Below, one piece after another: positions 1 through 8,669 of a stretch of DNA of 64,000 nucleotides. Under the pieces are notes generated by a model. The model saw nothing but the letters and a program-made list of their open reading frames with translations, was not told where the DNA came from and did no database searches. The position numbers and the translations under genes are program-made. The DNA is from Aerosakkonema funiforme BLCC-F2 (lineage in GTDB: Bacteria; Cyanobacteriota; Cyanobacteriia; Cyanobacteriales; Aerosakkonemataceae). Position 1 is the stretch's first letter; every line of letters begins with the position of its first letter. The DNA is taken from the NCBI RefSeq assembly GCF_041929185.1, contig NZ_JBHFNO010000043.1. One strand, 5' to 3'.

Positions 1-1
1 C

Positions 2-2782
2 ACAGGTCAGCCGATTTTGAATTTAGAAGTGAGTGGAGAAGTTCCTCTGCAACCGGGTGCTATCCGCTACTGGCTGGCTTCTTATTTCCCCATTCCCAAC
101 CCAGAGAACAATGCTACTTGGGTGGGGACAGTCGTGGTGGATATTACAGAGCGAAAACTAGCCGAACAAGCTTTGCAAAAAAGCGAAGCGACTAACAAAG
201 CTTTGATCGCAGCTATACCCGATTTGCTCATTCGTATGAGTAGAAACGGCACTTATTTAGATTTTTATGCCGGTAGCAATTTCCAGATCATTAACCCTCA
301 CCAGAAACGAGAAGGAGTCAATCTTTTTGATATCCTACCTGCCGATCGAGCCCAAGAACGCCTTAATTATATCCAGCAAGCCCTAGAAACCGATGAAATT
401 CAGACCTACGAACAGCAAATCGTCGTCGAAGGTAAACTTCAGCATGAAGAAACCCGCATTGTACCAATTGAAGGGGATGAAGTTTTGGTGATAGTGCGCG
501 ACATCACCGCTCGCAAACAAGCAGAATCAGCATTGCGCCAAAGTGAAAGCGCCCTAGCTGAAGCTCAGAAAATTTCTCATTTAGGCAATTGGTCTTTCGA
601 TATCATCACCCAAAAGATCGTCTGGTCAGAGGAAACTTTCCGCATCTACGGAGTTGACCCCAGCCAACTCGAACCTAGTTACCAAAAACTTTTAGAATTC
701 ACTCACCCCGATGATATAAAACTAATAGATGGTAATGTCAAATATGCGATCGCCGAAGGCAAAAACTACGAACATGAAATTCGCATTTTTCGACCGGATG
801 GCTCAATGCGTTACACTTTGGGCAAGGGACAAGCTGTTTTTGATGAAGCGGGACAGGTAGTCAAACTGTTTGGCACCGTACAGGATATTACAGAGCGAAA
901 ATTAGCCGAACAAGCCCTACAAAAGAGCGAAGCTACTAACAGAGCTTTGATCGCAGCTATTCCCGACTTGCTCGTTCATATGCACCGAGACGGCACTTAT
1001 CTAGATGATTTCTATGCGGAAGAAGATTTTAATATCCTCTACTCTCAGCAGGAGCGAAAGAAAATCACTATTTTTGATGTCCTACCTGCCGAGCGAGCCC
1101 AAAAACGCTTTAATTATATCCAGCGAGCTATTAAAACGGGAGAAGTTCAAACCTACGAACAGGAACTTCAGATCGAGGATAAATTGCATTACGAAGAGAC
1201 ACGCATCGTGCCAATTCAGACGGATGAAGTTTTGCTGATAGTGCGTGACATCACCGCTCGCAAACAAGCAGAAGCCGAACTGCAAAAAGCTAAAGAAGCC
1301 GCCGAAGCCGCCAACCGCGCCAAAAGCGAATTCCTCGCGAATATGAGCCATGAAATTCGCACTCCTATGAATGCCATTTTGGGTTTTTGTGACTTACTGC
1401 AAAACTGCATCACTGAATCCCAGCCGCGTTTTTACCTACAATCTATTGCTGCTAGCGGTAAAACACTCTTAGCTTTAATCAACGATATCCTCGACTTATC
1501 TAAAATTGAAGCCGGAAAGCTGCAACTTCACTACGATCCGCTCAATTTACGGGTATTAATTCAGGAGATTTGCCTAATTTTTTCCCAAAAAGCTCAAGAA
1601 AAACAACTTTATTTGCTGAGTGAAATAGATGAAAATTTACCCACAGCTATTCTGTTCGACGAAGTACGTCTGCGCCAAATTCTTTTCAATGTAGTTGGCA
1701 ACGCTCTCAAATTTACCGAATCCGGTAGTATCAAAATATCCGCTCGCTCTCAGACGAGAATTTCAGAAAATACTGTGTGTCTGGAAATTGCCGTAGCAGA
1801 TACGGGAATTGGTATTCCTACCGATCAGCAAAACAGTATTTTTGATGCTTTTTTGCAAGTGGAAGGGCAAAGCACTCGCAAATATGGTGGGACTGGCTTA
1901 GGATTGGCAATTGTTAAAAGACTAACTCAACTTTTAGGTGGCAAAGTAACGCTCCAAACTCAACTGGGTCATGGTAGTACTTTTACCTTCACTTTCCCAG
2001 AAGTTTCTGTGACAAACTCTGCCACAGAAAGCACAGTTAAATCAGATTTGGATAATAACTTAGATATCTTTAAAGCTGCTACCATTCTCGCTGTTGATGA
2101 CGTACCATCTAACCTCCATTTGCTCCAAGGTTATTTCGCGGGGACAAAACACAACCTGCTGTTGGCTAAAGATGGATTGGAGGCAATTAATGTTGCCCTA
2201 ACTCACGATATTGACTTGATTTTGTTAGATTGGCGAATGCCCAATATGGATGGTGGCGAAACCAGTAAAGTTTTGCAAAAAGACGATCGCACTAAACACA
2301 TTCCTATTATCATGGTTACTGCTTCTGTCTTAAAAGAAGAGCAAGAAGTATTGCGATCGCTCTGTCATGGCTTTATCCTCAAACCTGTCAGTCTCCAGCA
2401 GTTAATCTCCGAGTTAAGAAGATTCCTAAGTTTAGATGAAACTTATTTAGAATCGAACTCAGAAAAAGCTGCTATTGTTCCGGTTAGCGATATATCAACA
2501 ATGTCTCCAGACGCTCTGGAAAAATTGCCAGAACTCTTAGAAAAGCTGCAAATAGAAGCAGAAACTGTTTTGCCAAATCTCTGTAACTCTATGATTCGGC
2601 GCGACTTGAAAAAATTTGCCCAACGCCTGAAAGAATGGGGAACACAATACAATTGTTCTCTGCTACTCAATTATGCGGAAACTTTAGTTAAGCAAATAGA
2701 TGAATTTGATTTCGATCGCATCCCAGATACACTCAAAAAATTTCCGGATACAATCGCAGCTTTGGCAAAATTTTTATCCTAG
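2..2782 (+). CDS. Multi-PAS sensor hybrid histidine kinase (PAS x>=3, HisKA, HATPase_c, C-terminal receiver plus ~190-aa extension); 5' end outside the window
   Basis: The ORF runs to the window edge without a start. Two near-duplicate PAS modules are present (DITERKLAEQALQKSEATN...IVRDITARKQAE, twice). The H-box is HEIRTPMNAILGF, the ATPase block contains GTGLGLAIVKRL, and the receiver has the acceptor D in LLDWRMPNMDG. Confidence 0.85.
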   Translation, partial: TGQPILNLEVSGEVPLQPGAIRYWLASYFPIPNPENNATWVGTVVVDITERKLAEQALQKSEATNKALIAAIPDLLIRMSRNGTYLDFYAGSNFQIINPHQKREGVNLFDILPADRAQERLNYIQQALETDEIQTYEQQIVVEGKLQHEETRIVPIEGDEVLVIVRDITARKQAESALRQSESALAEAQKISHLGNWSFDIITQKIVWSEETFRIYGVDPSQLEPSYQKLLEFTHPDDIKLIDGNVKYAIAEGKNYEHEIRIFRPDGSMRYTLGKGQAVFDEAGQVVKLFGTVQDITERKLAEQALQKSEATNRALIAAIPDLLVHMHRDGTYLDDFYAEEDFNILYSQQERKKITIFDVLPAERAQKRFNYIQRAIKTGEVQTYEQELQIEDKLHYEETRIVPIQTDEVLLIVRDITARKQAEAELQKAKEAAEAANRAKSEFLANMSHEIRTPMNAILGFCDLLQNCITESQPRFYLQSIAASGKTLLALINDILDLSKIEAGKLQLHYDPLNLRVLIQEICLIFSQKAQEKQLYLLSEIDENLPTAILFDEVRLRQILFNVVGNALKFTESGSIKISARSQTRISENTVCLEIAVADTGIGIPTDQQNSIFDAFLQVEGQSTRKYGGTGLGLAIVKRLTQLLGGKVTLQTQLGHGSTFTFTFPEVSVTNSATESTVKSDLDNNLDIFKAATILAVDDVPSNLHLLQGYFAGTKHNLLLAKDGLEAINVALTHDIDLILLDWRMPNMDGGETSKVLQKDDRTKHIPIIMVTASVLKEEQEVLRSLCHGFILKPVSLQQLISELRRFLSLDETYLESNSEKAAIVPVSDISTMSPDALEKLPELLEKLQIEAETVLPNLCNSMIRRDLKKFAQRLKEWGTQYNCSLLLNYAETLVKQIDEFDFDRIPDTLKKFPDTIAALAKFLS

Positions 2783-3540
2783 CCCGACGCACTAGCTATT
2801 GTTAAAGCATCTAAACTGCCATCGCTGATGAGACGCCCATCTTCCATATAGACAATGCGATCGGCAATATCCAAAATGCGGTTATCGTGAGTAACTAATA
2901 AAATTGTACAACCTTGCTCTTTCGCTAATTTTTGCATCAATTCTACCACATCTCGTCCCGATTTTTTATCGAGAGCGGCAGTAGGTTCATCTGCTAGTAC
3001 AATTTTCGGTTTACCTACCAAAGCGCGAGCAATTGCTACCCGTTGTTTTTGTCCTCCCGATAAGTCATCTGGATAGTAATTGATGCGATTTCCCAATCCG
3101 ACTGCTGACAGCATTTCTTTAGCGCGATCGTTCATTTCTGCTGGTGGAATTCCCCGCTGCACTTCCAATCCCATTCGCACATTTTGTAGCGCCGTTAAAC
3201 TCCCGTGCAAATTGTGAGCTTGGAAAATATAACCGTTATGGCGTCGCGCTTCTGTTAATTGTTTTTCTTTAGCACCGCAAAGTTCTTTTCCTAACACCTT
3301 CAAACTGCCCTCTTGTGCAGAACGCAATCCACCGACTAAAGTTAGGAGGGTAGTTTTTCCGGAACCGGATGGCCCAGTCATAATGATGATTTCACCTATA
3401 TTTATCTGCAAGTTAATATCAAATAATGCTTGCTTCCGGAGTTGACCTTTACCGAAGTAATGATTGAGGTTGACGACAGAAATAACGGCGTCCGAACTCG
3501 AATTACTTTGCATAGCCCCTATTAACTCTGTAGCTTTCAT
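2779..3540 (-). CDS. devA: DevA-like ABC exporter ATP-binding subunit (DevBCA/HgdD-type glycolipid export family)
   Basis: Walker A GPSGSGKTT, ABC signature LSGGQKQRVAIARAL, Walker B LADEPTAALD. The protein aligns nearly end to end with Anabaena DevA (NLNHYFGKGQLRKQ...ILLVTHDNRILDIADRIV). Its start overlaps the stop of the convergent kinase by 4 nt. Confidence 0.85.
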   Translation of the reverse strand: MKATELIGAMQSNSSSDAVISVVNLNHYFGKGQLRKQALFDINLQINIGEIIIMTGPSGSGKTTLLTLVGGLRSAQEGSLKVLGKELCGAKEKQLTEARRHNGYIFQAHNLHGSLTALQNVRMGLEVQRGIPPAEMNDRAKEMLSAVGLGNRINYYPDDLSGGQKQRVAIARALVGKPKIVLADEPTAALDKKSGRDVVELMQKLAKEQGCTILLVTHDNRILDIADRIVYMEDGRLISDGSLDALTIASASG

Positions 3541-3620
3541 ACTTATCTGTGTTTATCTGTGTTTATCTGCGGTCATCTGTGGTTAAAAATATTCCAGACA
3601 CAGCTGCCGATAATTTCTCT

Positions 3621-4796
3621 CTAGAACATATCGGCAGGATCGGCTGATTGTAATTTGCTTGTAGCGATCGCACCGGAAATCGCACACATAATAATAGTTA
3701 AAGACAAAACCATAATTGCGCGAAACAAAGTCATGTAAATCGGTAAATTTGTGGCATTGCGAGCTAAATTATAAAGTCCCAAAGGTACGATCAGTCCCGG
3801 TATGAAACCCAGAACTGCCAAAATGATAGCTTCTTCAAAAATCACGCCTAGCAAGTAGGAATTGTGGTAACCCATTGCCTTGAAAGTAGCGTATTCCTTG
3901 ATATGGGCATTTACATCAGTGGAAAGAACTTGATAAACGATAATTACACCGACGATAAAACCCATCGCTACACCCATACCGAAAATAAAGCCGATCGGAC
4001 TTCCGGTTTTCCAATAATTTTCTTCAAATTTGATGAATTCTTCGATGGTTAGCACTTTCACATCTTCAGGTAGGTAAGCTTTTAATGCCGCCACCACCTG
4101 AGTTGAATCTGCACCCGGTTCGAGATAAATTAAACCCAGACTGATACTACCAGCTTGTCTTTTCGGGAATAATCTTAAAAAATTCTCATCGCTAGAAACC
4201 AGAGTGCCATCAGCACCAAAAGAAGCCCCCAATTTGAATAAGCCACCGATCGTAATAGTTCTCCTATCTACTTCCGTGGTAACTTCCCTACCCGCTTCCA
4301 GTTGGGCAAAAACCTCTTTGTAATCGCCTCTTGCACCTCTGTCAAACAGGAAAGTATCCGGTAGCCGAATTTTATCGAGTTGGGCGTTAATTTCGGGAAT
4401 GTTTAAAGCAGGCTGTTCGGGATTAAAACCAATCACTTGTACAGTCGTCTTTTTGCGCGTCTGAGGATTCTTCCAAGACACGGTGTTGATATACATGGCT
4501 TCGGCAGATTTCACTCCCGGAACATCGGAAGCTTGGTAGAGTCGCCGCCGCGACAAGGTAGATAAACTCTGAGAGTTCCGCGCTTGGGGACTCATCAGAA
4601 TAATATCTGCCTGTATAGCGCGGTTGAGGCGCGTGTTACTGTCGTACAGCGCATTTTGAAATCCCAATTGCATAAACATCAGGACATCGGCAAAGGCAAT
4701 TCCCGATAAAGCCACCAAGAGGCGGCTTCTGTGACGGCTGAGTTGCAACCATCCCAGAGGTGTACGTCGCCGCAGTTCTTGAATAAGTGCAATCAT
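3621..4796 (-). CDS. devC: DevC-like ABC exporter permease (FtsX/MacB-type)
   Basis: Has an N-terminal TM, a large periplasmic domain and a C-terminal 3-TM FtsX-like bundle. The reading frame overlaps devB by 4 nt, in the order devB-devC-devA. Confidence 0.8.
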   Translation of the reverse strand: MIALIQELRRRTPLGWLQLSRHRSRLLVALSGIAFADVLMFMQLGFQNALYDSNTRLNRAIQADIILMSPQARNSQSLSTLSRRRLYQASDVPGVKSAEAMYINTVSWKNPQTRKKTTVQVIGFNPEQPALNIPEINAQLDKIRLPDTFLFDRGARGDYKEVFAQLEAGREVTTEVDRRTITIGGLFKLGASFGADGTLVSSDENFLRLFPKRQAGSISLGLIYLEPGADSTQVVAALKAYLPEDVKVLTIEEFIKFEENYWKTGSPIGFIFGMGVAMGFIVGVIIVYQVLSTDVNAHIKEYATFKAMGYHNSYLLGVIFEEAIILAVLGFIPGLIVPLGLYNLARNATNLPIYMTLFRAIMVLSLTIIMCAISGAIATSKLQSADPADMF

Positions 4797-6211
4797 AATT
4801 CGATCGTCGCTTTGACTTGTAAATTGGTGAATTTGGCAGCTTTCTGACTCGATTCTTCATTTAGGCGGACGTGAACTTCCACAACTCTGGAGTCAATGTT
4901 TTCGCTGGGGTCGCTGTTGATGACGTTTTGGCGTTCGATTTGCCAACCGATGCGATCGACTTTTCCGTATAATTCTCCTGGCAAAGAACTGCTTTCTATC
5001 CGCACCTTTTGCCCCAGTTCGATTTTCCTGACATCGCTTTGATAAACTTCCGCAACTACCATCATTTGGCTAACTTGTCCGATTTCCGCAATGCCTTCAT
5101 TGGAGACAGTTTCGCCATCACGAGTATGAATTTTGAATATGACGCCATCTTGAGGAGATTTCACGTAAGCTTGGTCTAAATTCGCCTTCGCTTCTTTCTC
5201 CGCAGCAATAGCTTGTCTGATTTCCGCTTGTGCTGCTGCTACATCCACTGGACGGACTTCGGCAATTTTATTTAAAGTTGCTTGTGCGGAACTGACTTGT
5301 TGGCTACCAGTAGCTTGAATGCGTGCCAAAACCGCTTTAGCTTCGTTAATTTGCTTGCTTCCCGTGGCAGTAATTCGTTCTAAGTTGGCTTTAGCTTCGT
5401 TAATTTGTTTGCTTCCCGTAGCGTCAGTTCGCGCCAGAATTGCTTTGGCTTCAACGATTTGTTCTGTGAGGGTGTCTACGGCAAGACGTTTGCTGTCAAA
5501 TACAGATTGCGCGATCGCACCTTCTTTATATAATTGCTCGTAGCGGTGAAATTCCGATTTAGCATTATTCAGTTCCGCTTCCAATCGCTTAATAGTTGCC
5601 TGTTGCGCCCGCTTATCTCCTTCCCACTGCGCCTCTAACCTCGCCAACGCCGCCTGTTGCGCTGTCTTATCGCCTTGCCACTGCGCCTCTAACCTTGCCA
5701 GCGTTTCCCGTTGCGCCCTTTCTTCACCCAGCGACTGCGCTTGTATCCGCGCAATCTCGGCTTTTTGCGCTTCTATCTCGCCTTCTTTCGCACCGGCTTG
5801 CACTTTCGCCAGATTAGCTTGGGCGACTTCCACGGCTTGTTTGCTTTTCTCGTAAGCTGCTTGCAAGCGATCGCGATTATCCAAAATCGCAATTACCTGC
5901 CCTACTTTTACTTTATCTCCCTCATTCACCAGCAACCGTTCCACCCGACTCCCTTGGCTGGATGCAGGTGCGGAAAGTTTTATCACTTCTCCCGCCGGTT
6001 CGAGTCTACCTAACGCCGTCACTGTCTTCACCTGCGGTATCTCCACCTCCGATACTTGGCTTGCAGGTTCGGATTGAGGTAGCTGTAAGTTCAACACTCG
6101 CGAAGTTGTTATCCCCAAGATGCCAAGACTTGCTACCATTCCAAGTATTACAACCGGACGAGGGATAGGCTTGAGAAATGGGGAATCTTTAACGATTGTG
6201 TGGTGGAGCAT
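4793..6211 (-). CDS. devB: DevB-like membrane fusion protein (HlyD family) with an internally repeated coiled coil
   Basis: N-terminal TM, beta-barrel/lipoyl segments, and a long coiled coil with tandem peptide repeats (ARLEAQW(Q/E)GDK x2; ATGSKQINEAKA x3). Position is that of the first gene of a devBCA operon. Confidence 0.8.
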   Translation of the reverse strand: MLHHTIVKDSPFLKPIPRPVVILGMVASLGILGITTSRVLNLQLPQSEPASQVSEVEIPQVKTVTALGRLEPAGEVIKLSAPASSQGSRVERLLVNEGDKVKVGQVIAILDNRDRLQAAYEKSKQAVEVAQANLAKVQAGAKEGEIEAQKAEIARIQAQSLGEERAQRETLARLEAQWQGDKTAQQAALARLEAQWEGDKRAQQATIKRLEAELNNAKSEFHRYEQLYKEGAIAQSVFDSKRLAVDTLTEQIVEAKAILARTDATGSKQINEAKANLERITATGSKQINEAKAVLARIQATGSQQVSSAQATLNKIAEVRPVDVAAAQAEIRQAIAAEKEAKANLDQAYVKSPQDGVIFKIHTRDGETVSNEGIAEIGQVSQMMVVAEVYQSDVRKIELGQKVRIESSSLPGELYGKVDRIGWQIERQNVINSDPSENIDSRVVEVHVRLNEESSQKAAKFTNLQVKATIEL

Positions 6212-6325
6212 AACCTTCTTCCTCTATGAGGTAGGTAAACTAAACGATTTAGTTTACTATACTTAAACTAAACCGTGTAGTTTAGTTTGTCAAGGGGTAT
6301 GCTTGAGAAACCAACCCATCGGGGA

Positions 6326-6470
6326 AGTCAAAAGTCAAAAGTCAAAATATTAATTCCCCCGCGACCCCGCGACCCCACGACCCCGCTTCCCCACTCTCCC
6401 TCTTCTTTTTGACTTTTGAATGCATGACTTTTGACTTTTTCTAACCCCTAACCCCTAACCCCTAACCCCT
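6326..6470. repeat. Composite STR element in the devB/tetR divergent promoter region
   Basis: (AAAGTCA)n, then AAATATTAATTC, then a pyrimidine-rich (CCCCGCGA)n tract, then inverted (TGACTTT)n and (CTAACCC)4 abutting the tetR ATG. It belongs to the same family as the elements at 14120, 24318 and 27666. Confidence 0.7.
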
Positions 6471-6472
6471 AT

Positions 6473-7345
6473 ATGAAAGCCAGAAAGATAAAGAAATCAG
6501 ATGCTGACAACTCAGAACGTCCGCAGTCAGCAGATAAAGTCGAAGCCATTCTTAAAGGTGCAATACAAGAGTTTCTCACTCATGGCTATGCTGCTACCAC
6601 TATGGACAGGGTGACAGCAGCAGCAGGTGTATCGAAAGCGACGGTTTACAGCTACTTCCAGGATAAGGAAAGCTTATTCGCTGCTTTAGTCGAGCAATTG
6701 ACGCAGAAGAATTATCAGGATTTTAATCCCCAAGATCCGAAATTCTGGGAAGGAGAACCAGCCGAAGTTCTCCGCAAGTTAGCCGTAAATCTGCTCAAAA
6801 AAGTCGAGTGCAAACACGAATTTCGCGATTTAGTGCGGCTGATTATTGGCGAGTCAGGACGTTTTCCCGTATTGGCGCAAATTTTTGTTCGTAATGTCGA
6901 TCAAAAGCTTTTTCATCATCTCGTTGAATATCTGAAATCTCGTCAAGAATTGCAATTGCCCGATCCAGAAGCGGCAGCGCGGGTGTTTATCGGCACTTTA
7001 GTGCATTACGTAATTGTTCAGCATATGCTGCAAGCGCATAATATCATGCCGATGGAGAGCGATCGCCTGATCGACACTTTGATTTACCTGTTAACTGTTA
7101 ACCAAAAGGATAAGCTGGCGGATAAGTATGCCGGTACGCGCCACAAATCATGGCGTCGCAAGCGTTCTGCTGACGGGAAGTTTGAACCCGACTACCAAAG
7201 CGAACCAAAACGTTTGCGATCGATTCGCCTCACCGATACAGCGTGGGAACAACTCGCGGCGATTGCCGAAAAAAATCAGATCACTCGCAGCGAAGCGATC
7301 GAAATCTTCGCTCGCAATGGCGAAATAGAACTCGATTTCCAATAG
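6473..7345 (+). CDS. TetR/AcrR-family transcriptional regulator with a C-terminal extension, divergent from devBCA
   Basis: N-terminal TetR HTH (AILKGAIQEFLTHGYAATTMDRVTAAAGVSKATVYSYFQDKESLF). The basic/acidic C-terminal tail of ~70 aa is not typical of TetR. Confidence 0.8.
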   Translation: MKARKIKKSDADNSERPQSADKVEAILKGAIQEFLTHGYAATTMDRVTAAAGVSKATVYSYFQDKESLFAALVEQLTQKNYQDFNPQDPKFWEGEPAEVLRKLAVNLLKKVECKHEFRDLVRLIIGESGRFPVLAQIFVRNVDQKLFHHLVEYLKSRQELQLPDPEAAARVFIGTLVHYVIVQHMLQAHNIMPMESDRLIDTLIYLLTVNQKDKLADKYAGTRHKSWRRKRSADGKFEPDYQSEPKRLRSIRLTDTAWEQLAAIAEKNQITRSEAIEIFARNGEIELDFQ

Positions 7346-7367
7346 ATATACATGGTAAAGTAAACAT

Positions 7368-7390
7368 AGGATGGGCATTGCCCACCCTAC
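7368..7390. promoter_or_regulatory. Conserved palindrome AGGATGGGCATTGCCCACCCTAC (copy 1 of 3)
   Basis: A near-perfect inverted repeat 23 nt after the tetR stop. The same motif recurs at 14318 and 21763. Confidence 0.5.
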
Positions 7391-7570
7391 AAATTACTTG
7401 CAGCAATTCTGCGGTTTTGTCGCGTTATGCCATGAGAGAGTATAAATACGCAAATCATAGTTGCTCGATCGACAAGTTTACTCAAAGAATTATTGCCATT
7501 GTTATTAAAAAACATTCAATTCGGGCAATCTATAAATAGACTGGAAATCAGCAGACCGAGGGCGAATCCT

Positions 7571-8560
7571 ATGGATGGTCAAGAACTACTCAGACGCTAT
7601 GCAGCAGGAGAAAGAGATTTTAGCGGAGCCAATTTAATCGCAGCAAACCTGGAAAGAGCCTACTTAGTAGGAGCCAACTTTTCCGGAGCATATCTAGCAA
7701 CCGCTAACCTCAGTCGCGCACAGCTAACAGGAGCAAATCTCAGTGGCGCATTTCTGCATCGCGTCGATTTAAGTTTTGCGAAGGTCAACGAAGCAATATT
7801 AACAAACGCTGACTTAACAAAAGCCAACCTTAAAGGAGCGAACCTTGTCAAGTCCGTACTCACCGGTACAAAACTCAGCGGAGCCATTCTCACATCAGTA
7901 AACCTGCATTTGGCGAACTTGCAGGGCGTTAACTTGTGCGGTGCAGATTTGCGGGGAATTAATTTACGTTCTGCCAATCTCGTCAATGCCAACCTGAATT
8001 GGGCCAATCTAAGTGGAGCCAGATTGAGCGGTGCTTTAGTGCGGGGAGCGTTACTCAACGGCGTTAATTTGAGCGGCGCTTTGTTGAATGGCGTAGACCT
8101 CAATAACATCGACTTGGATGGCGTCAACCTCAGCGATTCAAAACTGAGTGGAGCCAATCTCACCGGAACCAACCTCTCCGCCGCTAATCTGAGCAACGCT
8201 CAACTGCGCGTGTCGCTGCTGGCGAGGTCAAACCTTCACGCCGCCAACCTGAATGGGGCAACCCTGAGCAAAGCCGACTTATGCGAAGCAAATCTTAATA
8301 AAGCAAACCTGTCATACGCCGATTTGAGCGAAGCTGACTTGACCGGAGCCACACTGAATATCTCAAGATTATCTTACGCCAATCTAACTAACGCTTGTCT
8401 GCGGAACGCCTACTTGTGGGGAGCCAACCTCAATATCGCAGCGCTGCGCGGGGCAGACTTAAGCGGAGCCAGCTTGCGCGGCGCATACATTGATGGTGCA
8501 AACTGGCAAGAAGCAATCCTCTCTGGTGCAACAATGCCGGATGGAACGCTACACGATTGA
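7571..8560 (+). CDS. Pentapeptide-repeat protein (paralog A)
   Basis: ~60 consecutive A(N/D)LxG/A(N/D)LxxA pentapeptide units. Start is placed at MDGQELLRRYAAGERDFSGANL by alignment with paralog B; the upstream part of the ORF-track ORF is not supported. Confidence 0.8.
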   Translation: MDGQELLRRYAAGERDFSGANLIAANLERAYLVGANFSGAYLATANLSRAQLTGANLSGAFLHRVDLSFAKVNEAILTNADLTKANLKGANLVKSVLTGTKLSGAILTSVNLHLANLQGVNLCGADLRGINLRSANLVNANLNWANLSGARLSGALVRGALLNGVNLSGALLNGVDLNNIDLDGVNLSDSKLSGANLTGTNLSAANLSNAQLRVSLLARSNLHAANLNGATLSKADLCEANLNKANLSYADLSEADLTGATLNISRLSYANLTNACLRNAYLWGANLNIAALRGADLSGASLRGAYIDGANWQEAILSGATMPDGTLHD

Positions 8561-8602
8561 TTTTGGGTTTTGGATTTTGGATTTTAGATGGCAGATGGAA
8601 AG

Positions 8603-8636
8603 ATGAATTTGAATTGGCAAGCAAATTCAAATTCGC
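8603..8636. terminator. Bidirectional hairpin between convergent genes
   Basis: GAATTTGAATTggcaagcAAATTCAAATTC forms a perfect 11-bp stem between the stops of 7571..8560 (+) and 8670..10916 (-). Confidence 0.5.
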
Positions 8637-8669
8637 CAAAAAACTGACCGATGACCAATGACCAACAAA

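Noticed and set aside
1005-1413. Small ORFs nested in or antisense to the first kinase (1005..1238 +, 1082..1351 -, 1216..1413 -)
   Set aside because: They are contained within a strongly supported PAS-kinase reading frame and show no independent signals.
2581-2782. Hpt domain at the C-terminus of the first hybrid kinase
   Set aside because: The ~190-aa extension after the receiver lacks the H-x-x-K-G Hpt signature; it is left as an unassigned C-terminal extension.
5319-6168. Plus-strand ORFs (5319..5543, 5596..5817, 5711..6013, 5962..6168) overlapping devB
   Set aside because: They are antisense to a well-supported HlyD-family gene, and their translations are low-complexity and unlike any protein family.
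6441-6470. (CTAACCC)4, which reads like a telomeric CCCTAA-type repeat
   Set aside because: It is only four units, embedded among other heptamer STRs typical of Nostocales (STRR). The context is a bacterial intergenic region; it is not a telomere.
7660-8196. Antisense ORFs inside the pentapeptide-repeat genes (7660..8196 and 13371..13736, minus strand)
   Set aside because: They are artefacts of the low-complexity repeat coding sequence (the reverse frame reads as an L/A/P/R-rich translation), have no start context and are fully contained in better-supported genes.
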